Positions 18,605 to 28,811 of a stretch of 64,000 nucleotides of DNA are shown one piece after another. Below the pieces are notes generated by a model. That model worked only from the letters and a program-made list of their open reading frames with translations, was not told the DNA's origin and made no database searches. Origin of the DNA: an uncultured Phycisphaerales bacterium (lineage in GTDB: Bacteria > Planctomycetota > Phycisphaerae > Sedimentisphaerales > Anaerobacaceae); assembly GCA_963718665.1 (NCBI GenBank), contig OY970359.1, forward strand, positions 32,001 to 96,000, in the 5' to 3' direction. Numbering within the stretch: position 1 is the first letter of the stretch; each line of letters opens with the position of its first letter. A program made the position numbers and the translations under genes.

Positions 18605-19385
18605 TGTATCGTTTAACGAATTCCGCGTATTGTTCAGGGGTGTCGATGCCGGCGCAGGTGTGTTTTACCTTTGCGACAAGTATATCGAAGCCGTTTTCAG
18701 TAGCACGCAATTGTTCGAGTTTTTCTAATTTTTCCAAAGGCGTCTGCGGCAGTTTTGTTATTTTCAGCAAAAAATCCCCGCGATAAGCATATATGCCGAT
18801 ATGACGCAGATAATTCTTTATTTCGCCTATCCCTCCCTGCTGACGGTCGTATGGAATGACGGAACGGGAGAAATAAATCGCTTTATAGATACTCGATACT
18901 CGATTCTCGATATTCGTAACGACAACCTTTACAAGGTTCGGGTCGGCAACTTGTTCTTTCGTCTCGAAATCGGCAACCAGCGTTGCCATTTGGCATTTGG
19001 GATTATCAACAAGCAGCTTTGCGACGGTATCGATATTCGTGGGGTCGATTTCCGGCTCGTCGCCCTGCAGGTTTACAACAATGTCGTCAGCGTTCAGCGG
19101 ATAGCGTTCAGCGGACAGTTCCTGGATTGCTTCGGCTATACGGTCTGTGCCGCTTGGGCAATCAGGGTTAGTCATAATACATTCGGCACCGAAGGATTTC
19201 GCGGCCTGGGCGATTCGCTTGTCGTCCGCGGCGATGATTACCCTGTCTGGTAATTTGGCGAGTTTGGCCTGCTCGTAAACGTGCTGGATGAGAAATTTGC
19301 CGGTATCTTTGGCGAGAACTTTGGCCGGGAATCTTGTGGACCCGTAACGTGCTGGAATACAAACTATGATTTTCGGTTTTGGCAT
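18585..19385 (-). CDS. kdsB: 3-deoxy-manno-octulosonate cytidylyltransferase
   Basis: IPARYGSTRFP.K, SGTDR, VNLQGDEP, YFSRS.IP, HIGIYAY, EKLEQLR. Confidence 0.96.
   Translation of the reverse strand: MPKPKIIVCIPARYGSTRFPAKVLAKDTGKFLIQHVYEQAKLAKLPDRVIIAADDKRIAQAAKSFGAECIMTNPDCPSGTDRIAEAIQELSAERYPLNADDIVVNLQGDEPEIDPTNIDTVAKLLVDNPKCQMATLVADFETKEQVADPNLVKVVVTNIENRVSSIYKAIYFSRSVIPYDRQQGGIGEIKNYLRHIGIYAYRGDFLLKITKLPQTPLEKLEKLEQLRATENGFDILVAKVKHTCAGIDTPEQYAEFVKRYSHRGNK
18887..18916. repeat. Heptamer array in frame inside kdsB
   Basis: agatact-cgatact-cgattct-cgatatt-cg; encodes NIENRVSSI. Confidence 0.7.
19088..19120. repeat. Second heptamer array in frame inside kdsB
   Basis: cagcgtt-cagcgga-tagcgtt-cagcgga-cag; encodes LSAERYPLNA. 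Confidence 0.7.
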
Positions 19386-19593
19386 TGCCAGTAGTTTTTT
19401 TTCCAAACTACAGCTACAGTATATTACCAGCATCACTCGTTGATGTCAAGACAGGCAAGTTAAAAATTTGTGAGAATATTTAAGAAAGAGCGGACGGATA
19501 AAAAATGCTTTACAAGCCGCGGATTAGGTGAAGAATAAACAGGCAGGTAATAAATTCGGATTCACGAATGACAAACAGTTAGGAGAGCAGAAT

Positions 19594-20550
19594 ATGAAGA
19601 AAATTTTGCCGGTTGTCATACTTGTGATAGTTGCAGCGGCTCTTATCGGGATAGGGATTTCCAACAAGGGCAAAGGGAAAGGCAAATTGCAGATTGCGGT
19701 AATCCCCAAGGGAACGACGCACGTCTTCTGGCAATCGATACATCGCGGGGCGTTGAAAGCGGCGGAAGAATCGGGAGCAGAGGTTTTCTGGAACGGCCCT
19801 GACCGGGAAGGCGACAGGGAAAAGGAAATTCAGATTGTCGAGGACTTTCTCACGCGGAAGGTATCCGGGATAGTGCTCGCCCCGAATGACGACAAAGCGC
19901 TTGTGCCCGTTGTTGAAAAAGTGGCGGCAAGCGGCATACCATGTGTGATTATCGACTCGGCCATCCAGACGGATAAATACGTTTCGTTCGTCGCGACAGA
20001 TAATTACCAAGGCGGCGTTATGGCGGCCAAAAGAATGGGCGAGATTCTCGCCGGCAAGGGAAGAGTTATTGTGATAAAGTACGCACCCGGCTCGGCCTCA
20101 ACTACCGAAAGGGAAAACGGCTTTATGGACACCATCAAAAAAGATTTTCCGGATATTACGGTTGTCGATAGCAAGTACGGGCTGGATACGGTAGAAACAT
20201 CGCTTCAGGCAACGGAGGACTTGATGACCAAGAACACATCGCTGGACGGGCTTTTCGCGTGCAATGAATCGACGGCGACAGGCGCGATTAGGGCGCTGCA
20301 AAGTGCAGGCCGGGCGGGAAAAGTCAAAATGGTGGGTTTTGACGCGGGAACGTTGTTAATTGAATCGCTGAGAAAAGGCGATATCGATTCGCTCGTCGTG
20401 CAGAATCCTTATAAGATGGGTTACGAAGGCGTAAAATGCGTAATCGACAAGATAAAAGGCAAAGAAGTTCCGAGGCGAATTGATACAGGAGTAAAACTGA
20501 TAACCAAAGAAAATATCGACACGCCGGAGATTCAGGCATTATTGAAATAG
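19594..20550 (+). CDS. Sugar ABC transporter substrate-binding protein (RbsB-like)
   Basis: IPKGTTHVFW, VATDNY.GG, VGFD, VQNPYKMGY. Confidence 0.92.
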   Translation: MKKILPVVILVIVAAALIGIGISNKGKGKGKLQIAVIPKGTTHVFWQSIHRGALKAAEESGAEVFWNGPDREGDREKEIQIVEDFLTRKVSGIVLAPNDDKALVPVVEKVAASGIPCVIIDSAIQTDKYVSFVATDNYQGGVMAAKRMGEILAGKGRVIVIKYAPGSASTTERENGFMDTIKKDFPDITVVDSKYGLDTVETSLQATEDLMTKNTSLDGLFACNESTATGAIRALQSAGRAGKVKMVGFDAGTLLIESLRKGDIDSLVVQNPYKMGYEGVKCVIDKIKGKEVPRRIDTGVKLITKENIDTPEIQALLK

Positions 20551-20591
20551 CGAGCAAAACTGTTGATGGTAAAGCCCCCCCTGCTATTGTA

Positions 20592-22135
20592 ATGAAGGGG
20601 ATATCGAAGCGATTTGGGCCGGTGCAGGCATCAGCGAGGTTGACCTGACGGTTGCCAGGGGGAAAGTTCACGCCCTTGTAGGCGAAAACGGCGCTGGCAA
20701 ATCTACGCTGATGAAAATTCTCGCCGGCGTGCACAAGCCCGACAGCGGGACAATCGAAATAGCAGGTCATCCCAGCGAATTTGCCGAGCCGCAAGAGGCG
20801 ATTGAGGCGGGTATATCGATGATATACCAGGAGCTTGACCTCGCGGAGCATTTGACGGTTGCGGAAAACGTATTTCTCGGCCACGAACCGGCGGGAAGGA
20901 TACCGTTTACCATTGACCGAAAAGCGATGGTAAGCAGGACCGCAGAGCTGGCCCGGAGAATGAACTTCGATATCGACCCGACAAGCATAGTGAAGGATTT
21001 ATCGACCGGCGATTGTCAGATTGTCGAGGTCCTCAAGGCGCTGATGCGCAACGCGTCGATAATCGCCATGGACGAGCCAACATCGTCATTGTCGGAGAAA
21101 GGCACACAACGATTATTCCAGGTGGTCAGAGAACTGCGAGAACAGGGCATATCAATCATTTACATTTCGCATCGGCTGGAGGAAATCACAGGTCTTGCGG
21201 ACGATATCACCGTGCTGCGAGACGGCCGTGTCGTGCAGAGCGATTCAGCGAAGAAAATGGACATCCCGCAGATAGTGCGATATATGGTCGGCAGAGAGCT
21301 TACGGACCTGTTTCCGGGACGAAATGTAAAACTCGGCGATACTTGCGTAAAAGTGGAAAACCTTTCCTCGGCACAACACATAACGGATGTTTCTTTCGAT
21401 ATACGGGCAGGTGAGATTGTCGGAATGGCGGGACTTGTCGGGGCAGGCAGGACAGAAGTCGCCGAAACCATATTCGGCGTCGAACCAAAAATCACCGGCA
21501 GGATTGTTATCGACGACAAGGAAATAACAATAAAACGCCCCGCCGATGCGATAAACAACGGCATCGCTTTGCTTACAGAAGACCGCAAACGAACTGGTTT
21601 GTGTTTACAGTTACCCTGCGGCTGGAATATAACGCTGCCGAATCTCAAAGGAATCGGTATGGACAAGGTTATCAGCCCGAATAAGGAGAACAAAATCGCT
21701 GCGGAAATTGCCGGCCGCATAGGTATTAAATGGCTCGGACCTCAGTCGCCCGCGGAATCATTATCAGGCGGAAATCAGCAGAAGGTCCTGATTGCGAGAT
21801 GGCTTTTGGCTAAATCAAAATTTATGATTTTTGATGAACCGACACGTGGAATTGACGTTGGAGCGAAAAAAGAAGTTTATTCGCTTTTGAATCAACTCGC
21901 CGAACAGGGCAAGGCGATATTATTCATATCCTCGGAACTGCCTGAGCTTTTCGGGATAGCGGACAGGATTCTGGTTATGAGGCGTGGTCGGCTGGTGGGT
22001 AATTTGAAAAAAAGCGAAACTACACAGGAAGCAGTTATGCATCTTGCCGCCGTAGACCCCGTTGGAAAATATGCGACCGGAACGACTGAAAACCATCAGG
22101 AGAACATGTTTTCCAACGGGGTGGAAGGAAACTAA
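20592..22135 (+). CDS. Sugar ABC transporter ATPase (RbsA-like); 1-nt frameshift near 20631
   Basis: MKGISKRFGPVQA in one frame, SEVDL...GENGAGKSTL in the next; second NBD LSGGNQQK, DEPTRGID. Confidence 0.88.
22056..22122. mobile_element. MITE-like 67-bp palindromic element in frame at the 3' end of the ABC ATPase
   Basis: Perfect 14-bp inverted ends accccgttggaaaa / ttttccaacggggt; adds DPVGK...FSNGV before EGN*. Confidence 0.7.
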
Positions 22136-23071
22136 ATGGGAAAATTAATAAGACAGTTGCTGCCGTTCGGAAGTTTAATGCTGATAGTGTGTATTCTCGC
22201 AGCATTGAGGCCGGACACTTTTTTAACGATGGATAATTTTCTCAACGTGCTGAGACGTTCGAGCGTTTACGGGATAGTCGCTATCGGGATGACCTTTGTG
22301 ATTATATCGGGCGGCATCGACCTGTCGGTTGGTTCGATGCTGGCGGTATGCGGTATGATTGGCGCATGGGTAATTGGAACAACAGGCAGTGTCGCGGGCA
22401 CAATCGCGGGTGCCGCCGCCGGGTTACTCAGCGGGTTAGCCAACGGATTACTGATAACCAAGTTTCGTCTTCAGCCCTTTATAGCAACACTGGGGACAAT
22501 GAGTTTTTTCAGGGGAGTCGCCCTTGTAATGAAGGATGGCCAGCCGATTAACGTCCCCGATTACAAGTATCTCGGCGAGGGAGTGATAATGGGGGCGCCG
22601 GTCTCGGTGCTGATTTTCGCGGCGGTCATAATCATAGCGATACTCATTCTCAAATACACGCCACTGGGACGTTATACTTACGCCATCGGCTCAAACCGCG
22701 AGGCAGCGTTTCATGCGGGTGTAAGAGTGGAAAAGAACCTCACCTGGATATATACTATAGTCGGCCTGCTGGTTGGTATAGCGTCGATGATTCAGGTAAG
22801 CAGAACAGTATCGGCGCAGCCCACGGCGGGACTCGGAGTCGAGCTTGACGTAATCGCCGCGGTTGTTATTGGAGGAGCAAGTTTGTCGGGCGGACAGGGA
22901 ACGATAACCGGAACAATCATAGGAACACTATTGATAAGCTTTTTACGAAATGGCTGCACCCTGCTCGGTATATCGACCAACGCCCAATTGATTGTTATAG
23001 GTATGATTATCGTCATAGCGGTCGCGGTTGACCAGTTGGCGCAGGCCCGGACGAAAAAAGCCGGGATTTAA
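22136..23071 (+). CDS. Sugar ABC transporter permease (RbsC-like)
   Basis: GGIDLSVGS, PFIATLG, YAIGSN, ELDVIAAVVIGGASL.GG.G. Confidence 0.93.
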   Translation: MGKLIRQLLPFGSLMLIVCILAALRPDTFLTMDNFLNVLRRSSVYGIVAIGMTFVIISGGIDLSVGSMLAVCGMIGAWVIGTTGSVAGTIAGAAAGLLSGLANGLLITKFRLQPFIATLGTMSFFRGVALVMKDGQPINVPDYKYLGEGVIMGAPVSVLIFAAVIIIAILILKYTPLGRYTYAIGSNREAAFHAGVRVEKNLTWIYTIVGLLVGIASMIQVSRTVSAQPTAGLGVELDVIAAVVIGGASLSGGQGTITGTIIGTLLISFLRNGCTLLGISTNAQLIVIGMIIVIAVAVDQLAQARTKKAGI

Positions 23072-23107
23072 TGGTGATATAATAAGCCGGAAAGGTTGGA
23101 ACGAAAT

Positions 23108-23533
23108 ATGCTTAAAAATATACCGGAAGTGATTTCTCCTGAGCTTATGAAGGTGCTTATGGAGATGGGACACGATGACGAGATTGTTCTGGCGGACGGC
23201 AATTTTCCCGCCGCAAGTGTCGCGAATAAACTTATCAGGTGCGAGGGTTACGGCGTTCCAGAAATCCTGGAAGCTGTCCTGAAATTTCTGCCGCTCGACC
23301 AATACGTTGAACACCCCGTTGCGTTAATGGCGGTTGTGCCGGGAGACAAAACAAAACCGACCATCTGGGAGGAATACCGCAAAATCATCAAAGCGAGCGG
23401 CGAAAAATTCTCTGATTTTGAGTTCGTCGAAAGATTCGCGTTTTACGAAAGAGCCAAAAAGGCCTACGCGGTAGTCGCCAGCGGTGAAAAGGCCCTGTAC
23501 GCGAATATAATTCTTAAAAAAGGCGTTTTATAA
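23108..23533 (+). CDS. fucU: RbsD/FucU family mutarotase
   Basis: MLKNIP..ISPEL..L.EMGH.DEIVLADGNFP; ERFAFYE; YANIILKKGV. Confidence 0.88.
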   Translation: MLKNIPEVISPELMKVLMEMGHDDEIVLADGNFPAASVANKLIRCEGYGVPEILEAVLKFLPLDQYVEHPVALMAVVPGDKTKPTIWEEYRKIIKASGEKFSDFEFVERFAFYERAKKAYAVVASGEKALYANIILKKGVL

Positions 23534-23564
23534 TACTATACCGAATTATCAGGGAGATTTGACA

Positions 23565-25259
23565 ATGGCAAAGAGAATCGAAGCAGCGAAACTGCCGGGG
23601 ACAAAGGGCGAGCCGAAAGTTCCGGTAATAGGAGTTTTCGCGACCGGCGACCCAAGGATAGACGAAGCAAGCCGACAGCGATGTCAGAATATCGTAAAAA
23701 TGACGGCCGATACCATAAGCGGCAAGGTGGTCCTGCCCGACAAAAAGCCGGTGCATGTTGTTTACTCAACGATATTAGTCGATGGCGAAAAACAGGCGGA
23801 CATCGTCGCGGAGCAATTCCGCAAAGCCGGCGTCGATATACTGGTTTGCGTCCCCGATACATGGGCTTTCCCGCAGCTTACGGGCATTTCACTTTTGCAG
23901 CAGTTCCCCGCAAATACGCCGATAAACATCACCTGCGGCAATAGCGGGCCAAGACCCGGCGTCGTTTACGCGCACGCTCTCAACGGCGCAATCAGCCAAT
24001 ACGGACGATTATGCACTCTCAACGTCGGCAACTGGCCCGATACGGGGACAAATCCCAAAATGAGCGCAGAGACAGCCAAATGGCTCATCGACTGGTGCTA
24101 TGCCGCCGTGACCGCAGTGGGATTACGCGGCAGACGAGTCGTGATTTTCGGCCACGACTCAATGGGAATGGAAACCGCCCTTGCGCATATACTGCCGACG
24201 AGGAACACCTTCGGAATCGAGATTACCCGATTAGATATGAAACTTCTCGCGGATATGCTCCGCAAAGAGGCATACGACAAGAAAGAATTAAAATCGCTTC
24301 GGGGATGGATAAATAGATACGTTGGCGACCGTCTTCAGTTGCGAGACGAAGATGACAACACGCGCTTCAATCTCAGTTTGGCGATGTATCTGATTGTCCG
24401 CGATATTATGGCAGACCTCAACGCCGTAGGCGGCGGGTTTATGAGCCAGCTCGAATGGGGAAGCGACAAACGAGGACTTCCGCTGCCCGTGGCCGACGCG
24501 ATGGAATCATTGTTTAACAGCACCTTCGACAACACGGGACGTAAAGCCCCCCTGCCTTATGCGACCGAAGCCGACGTGCAGGGGCTTTTGACGATGCTGT
24601 TTATGACATACCTGTCTGGAGGCAATCCGCCACTGTTTATGGACTTCAGAAAGGTCTGGGAAGCATGGGAAATTAAAGAGTTGGCTGCGAAAATCGACCT
24701 GACAAATCTCGATGAAACGGCGGACTGGTTCAACAAGGGTCTTGTCGATGGGGACAATTCAGGAAGCGCGGCTTTTGACTGGTCGGCTAACCCTGGCGCA
24801 TCGGTAAAAGACATTATGGCGGGCATTCTTATGCCGCTGGCAGACCCTGGTTATTTCCCCGGCGGCGGCAACTCGGTAACGTTTATATCCCCCGCCGGCA
24901 TCGAAGGCATCGCGGGACGACTGGCTTTCAGCGGCGCAACCGGGTTATTCAGCTTGATTTGGGACCAGGCACAAACAACGGATGTGCCGTTAGAACTTGC
25001 CAAAGCGATGTGCAACCTGACAACGCCCACCTGGCCTCATACCTTTGTCGTGCCCAGGTTCGCCAGCATGCTCGAATACAAACAGTATGCCCCTGCCAAT
25101 CATTTTCATATGACCTGGAATTTGCCCGCGGCACGACTGCAATACTGGATGGACTTGACCGGCGTTTCGAGCGTTACCCCCTGGGCTGCAAGACCCAAAT
25201 TTATCGAAGGCATTGACCGCCCACAGCCATTGGTGCACTTGCTGAACGGCAAATTATGA
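23565..25259 (+). CDS. L-fucose/D-arabinose isomerase family protein
   Basis: DPR, RPGVVY, SMGM, ATEAD, MDFR, NSG, WPHT, ANHFH resemble FucI; located next to fucU. Confidence 0.75.
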   Translation: MAKRIEAAKLPGTKGEPKVPVIGVFATGDPRIDEASRQRCQNIVKMTADTISGKVVLPDKKPVHVVYSTILVDGEKQADIVAEQFRKAGVDILVCVPDTWAFPQLTGISLLQQFPANTPINITCGNSGPRPGVVYAHALNGAISQYGRLCTLNVGNWPDTGTNPKMSAETAKWLIDWCYAAVTAVGLRGRRVVIFGHDSMGMETALAHILPTRNTFGIEITRLDMKLLADMLRKEAYDKKELKSLRGWINRYVGDRLQLRDEDDNTRFNLSLAMYLIVRDIMADLNAVGGGFMSQLEWGSDKRGLPLPVADAMESLFNSTFDNTGRKAPLPYATEADVQGLLTMLFMTYLSGGNPPLFMDFRKVWEAWEIKELAAKIDLTNLDETADWFNKGLVDGDNSGSAAFDWSANPGASVKDIMAGILMPLADPGYFPGGGNSVTFISPAGIEGIAGRLAFSGATGLFSLIWDQAQTTDVPLELAKAMCNLTTPTWPHTFVVPRFASMLEYKQYAPANHFHMTWNLPAARLQYWMDLTGVSSVTPWAARPKFIEGIDRPQPLVHLLNGKL

Positions 25260-25307
25260 GACCACAGCAATAAAACGCTTATTTCTTAAATTTTTCAAGA
25301 TTGGTCA

Positions 25308-25336
25308 TTGACAAAAAAAACAGAATGTGGTAAGAT
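25308..25336 (+). promoter_or_regulatory. Sigma70 promoter of the trp operon
   Basis: TTGACA-17 bp-TAAGAT with an extended -10 TG. Confidence 0.8.
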
Positions 25337-25345
25337 GATATAATT

Positions 25346-25399
25346 ATGAAGCAGATTAACCGCAAAAAAGTTAATTTATGGTGGTGGCCTGTTGGATAA
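25346..25399 (+). CDS. trpL: trp operon leader peptide MKQINRKKVNLWWWPVG
   Basis: 17-aa ORF with three tandem TGG codons between the promoter and the attenuator. Confidence 0.88.
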   Translation: MKQINRKKVNLWWWPVG

Positions 25400-25496
25400 A
25401 TCCGATGGGCAGGCGGGAAATCTGCACTAAGAAAAAGCAATAAAACAAAGTTATTTACGCGGCCTGTTGGATTAAAAACAACAGGCCGCTTTTTTT
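25387..25496 (+). promoter_or_regulatory. Transcription attenuator with 1:2, 2:3 and 3:4 hairpins
   Basis: Regions 1 and 3 are both gcctgttggat; region 2 atccgatgggc pairs with either; terminator gcggcctgttg...caacaggccgc-T7 at 25459-25496. Confidence 0.85.
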
Positions 25497-25541
25497 ATGG
25501 CCGGATATAACCCAGATACTCATATAATAAGGACGCAAAAA

Positions 25542-27136
25542 ATGGATGATTACAAGCAAATAATAGAAAACGCGAAACCGGGCGATATAATCCCGATTGT
25601 CAAACGAATCGAGATGGCGGACCCTATGGACTTCTTCGCCAAGATAACCGACTACGGCCGGACAAAGAACTGCTGCCTGCTCGAATCAAAAGAATACATT
25701 CGCGGCTCAAGCGCGTTGAGCTTCGGCACAGCCAAACCCGCGCTATACCTTACGGGCAAAGGAAGGGAATTCGAAATCAGGGCGCTGACCAAAACCGGCA
25801 GGAGAATGATTAAATACCTGACCTTCGACCCGAAAAGGTTCGGCTTTTGCGAAACAGCGGACTTCAACGCCGAACGGATTAAAGGAACCATCAGGAAACC
25901 GGCAGGATTGGTTGACGAGCAGACCCGCCTGTCGAGCACAAACCAGATGGATGTCCTGCGTGCGGTGGCTTTCTCATTTCGCCTCGCAAGCAAGCCATTC
26001 CGTGTTACCTGCGGATTGCTCGGCGCGTTAAGCTACGACTTTATCGACCAGTTTGAGAAACTGCCCGCCAACGAAACCGATCTTTTAGGCAATCCCGATT
26101 ACGAATTGTATTTCGCGGACAATATTTTCCTGATGGACCACGAGCGAAATGAGGGCTATGTGGTTGTCAATGTGATAATTACCAACGGCAACAGGGCAGA
26201 GGTAATAAACGAGGCGCAGGAGTGTTTCGACTATTATGAAAATATCGCGAGGTTCGAAACACCCAAAGCAAAAAAATACGAAGCCCCCCTGCCGACCGAA
26301 TCGACCGATACCAGTCAAAAGCAATATGAGCAAATGGTTCGAGATGCCAAACAGCACATACTCGACGGGGACATATTCCAGGTGGTCCTGAGCAGGACAA
26401 AGATTGAACCCTGCATCGATGAGCCGCTGGATGTGTATAAGCGATTGCGTGAGCTGAACCCCTCGCCCTATATGTTTTACATAAACACGCCGAATACGAC
26501 GCTATTGGGGTCAAGCCCCGAATTGAATCTGCGTGTAAGCGGGACGGAGAATCGCAGCGTGGAAATCAGACCGATAGCCGGCACAAAACCGAGGGGCAAG
26601 GTCAACGGCAAACTCGACGCCGATATCGATTTCAGGTATGAAGCGGAATTGAAAATCGACCGCAAGGAATTAGCCGAGCACATGATGCTGGTCGATTTGG
26701 CCAGAAACGACATCGCCCGCGTGGCGCAGCCGGGAAGCAGAATCGTAACGGAACTGCTGACCGTCGAAAAATACGAATCGGTGCAGCACCTGGTCAGCAA
26801 CGTCAAGGGGACATTAGCCAATAATCTCGACGCCTTAAGCGCGTATCTTGCGACGATGAATATGGGAACATTGACCGGCGCCCGAAAATAGAGGCAATGA
26901 AAATCATCAGACAGCTCGAAAAAACTAAACGTGGCTACTATGGCGGCGCGGTTATGTATCTCACAGTTGACGGTCAGTTCGACAGTTGCATAACGATAAG
27001 AAGTTTGCAGATTAAAGACCGCAAGGCGTATGTTCGCGTCGGTGCTGGAATTGTCCACGACAGCGTCCCCAAAACTGAATTCGAGGAAACCGAGCACAAA
27101 GCCGGCTCATGTATGCGGGCTTTAACGAAGAAATAA
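25542..27136 (+). CDS. trpE: Anthranilate synthase component I; 1-nt frameshift at about 26881
   Basis: GDIFQVVLS, NPSPY, PIAGT, AEHMMLVDLARND; one extra C restores GTLTGAPKIEAM and joins 26897-27136 (RGYYGG, GAGIV.DS). Confidence 0.9.
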
Positions 27137-27149
27137 ACGAGGATAAAGT

Positions 27150-27761
27150 ATGAGTAATAAAAAAAGAAAAGTTTTGTTTATCGACAACTTCGATTCGTTC
27201 ACGTATAACCTTGTCGATGACTTTTGCAAACGCGACTGCGACGCGAAGGTTTACAGGGCGGATACGTCAATTGAGGATTTGAAAAAAGTGGCCGATGAGT
27301 TTAAGCCGGATTTATTGGTGATTTCACCGGGGCCTGGAACACCTGCTACCGCAGGCGTAACGCTCGCCGCGATTGATTACTTCAAGGACAAGCTCCCCAT
27401 ATTCGGAGTTTGCCTCGGACATCAGGCAATAGTCGCGTATTTCGGCGGCAAAGTAGGCCACGCCCCTGAGCCGGTGCACGGCAAACCGTCACGCGTAACA
27501 CACAACGGCCAGGGCGTATTCGCCGGCGTTGAAAACCCGTTGCAGGCGGGACGCTATCACAGCTTGTGCGCATTGACGATGCCGGATTGCTTAGAGCCGA
27601 CCGCGTATTTTGAAAGCGTGAATATGGGCATCAAACACAAAACGCTGCCAATATATGGTGTGCAGTTTCACCCCGAAAGCATCTTGACACCCGCGGGCGG
27701 CAAAATCATCGAAAACATTTTGAAAATCGCCGAGGATTACAGCAGTACACGGGGGGGTTGA
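27150..27761 (+). CDS. trpG: Anthranilate synthase component II
   Basis: IDNFDSFTYNL, SPGPG, GVCLGHQ, QFHPES. Confidence 0.95.
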   Translation: MSNKKRKVLFIDNFDSFTYNLVDDFCKRDCDAKVYRADTSIEDLKKVADEFKPDLLVISPGPGTPATAGVTLAAIDYFKDKLPIFGVCLGHQAIVAYFGGKVGHAPEPVHGKPSRVTHNGQGVFAGVENPLQAGRYHSLCALTMPDCLEPTAYFESVNMGIKHKTLPIYGVQFHPESILTPAGGKIIENILKIAEDYSSTRGG

Positions 27762-27763
27762 TT

Positions 27764-28798
27764 ATGGCAACAATAGCCGAATATATTGAACCATTACTTC
27801 GAGGCCAACACCTGACCTTCGAGCAGGCGGGCAAGGTCCTGGATATTATCTTTGAGGGCGAAGTACCCGAAACGCAAATCGCCGCGTTTTTGACGGCGAT
27901 GCGATGCAAGTCGGCTTCCTCTGCCGAACTTGCCGGGCTTGCCAAATCACTGCGGGCTCATTGCGTCAAAGTTGACGCAGGCATTGATAACCTCGTCGAT
28001 ACCTGCGGGACAGGCGGCGCATCAGTGAAGACATTCAATATTTCAACCGCCTCAGCCATTGTTGCCGCAGGTGCGGGCGTTCACATCGCCAAACACGGTA
28101 ACCGTGCCATAACAAGTAAATGCGGCTCAGCGGACGTTTTCGCTGAGCTTGGCGTCAATATCGAGGCCGGGCCGGATATTGTGGCAAAGTGCATAAAAGA
28201 AGCCGGGATAGGTTTTATGTTCGCACCGAAATACCATCCCGCGATGAAATACGTCCAGCCCGTGCGCAAATCACTGGGTTTCAGGACGGTATTCAACATA
28301 TTAGGCCCCCTTGCCAACCCCGCCGACGCACAGGGACAGGTGATGGGCGTCCCCGAACAGGGGCTTATGCCGATTGTAGCCGAGGCACTGCATTTATTAG
28401 GCGTTAAACGGGCGATGATTGTCCACAGCGACGGCCTCGACGAAATCAGCACTATGGGAACTACAAAGATTATGCAGCTCAAGGCAGGCAAAATAACCGA
28501 GTCGATGCTGAACCCGGCTGACTATGGGATTAAAAAGGCCTCGCTGGAAGACCTCAAAGGCAGCGATGCCAAGAGCAACGCCCAAATAGTAAAAAATATA
28601 ATAAACGGAAAAGAAACCGGTGCCAAGAAAGATATTGTTGTGCTAAACGCGGCAGCAGCGATAATTGTAGGCGGACTTGCGGATGACTTTGCCTCGGCAA
28701 TAAAAATAGCCGGACAATCAATCGAAACAGGCAAAGCAATACGACATCTTGAAAAATTAATTGCTGTTTCAAATTTATCCGCCGTGGCAGACGGCTGA
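27764..28798 (+). CDS. trpD: Anthranilate phosphoribosyltransferase
   Basis: DTCGTGG, FNIST, KHGNR, GSAD, GLDEIS. Confidence 0.96.
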   Translation: MATIAEYIEPLLRGQHLTFEQAGKVLDIIFEGEVPETQIAAFLTAMRCKSASSAELAGLAKSLRAHCVKVDAGIDNLVDTCGTGGASVKTFNISTASAIVAAGAGVHIAKHGNRAITSKCGSADVFAELGVNIEAGPDIVAKCIKEAGIGFMFAPKYHPAMKYVQPVRKSLGFRTVFNILGPLANPADAQGQVMGVPEQGLMPIVAEALHLLGVKRAMIVHSDGLDEISTMGTTKIMQLKAGKITESMLNPADYGIKKASLEDLKGSDAKSNAQIVKNIINGKETGAKKDIVVLNAAAAIIVGGLADDFASAIKIAGQSIETGKAIRHLEKLIAVSNLSAVADG

Positions 28799-28811
28799 GA
28801 AAGGAATTTCA

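Noticed and set aside
20592..20711. Sugar ABC ATPase as a true pseudogene
   Set aside because: Only one lesion, and the rest of the gene and operon are intact; more likely a sequencing indel.
26875..26900. Programmed -1 frameshift in trpE at CGA AAA TAG
   Set aside because: A single missing C in a C run restores the conserved GAPK motif. Similar 1-nt deletions at about 14615 and 20631 point to assembly error; raw reads would settle it.
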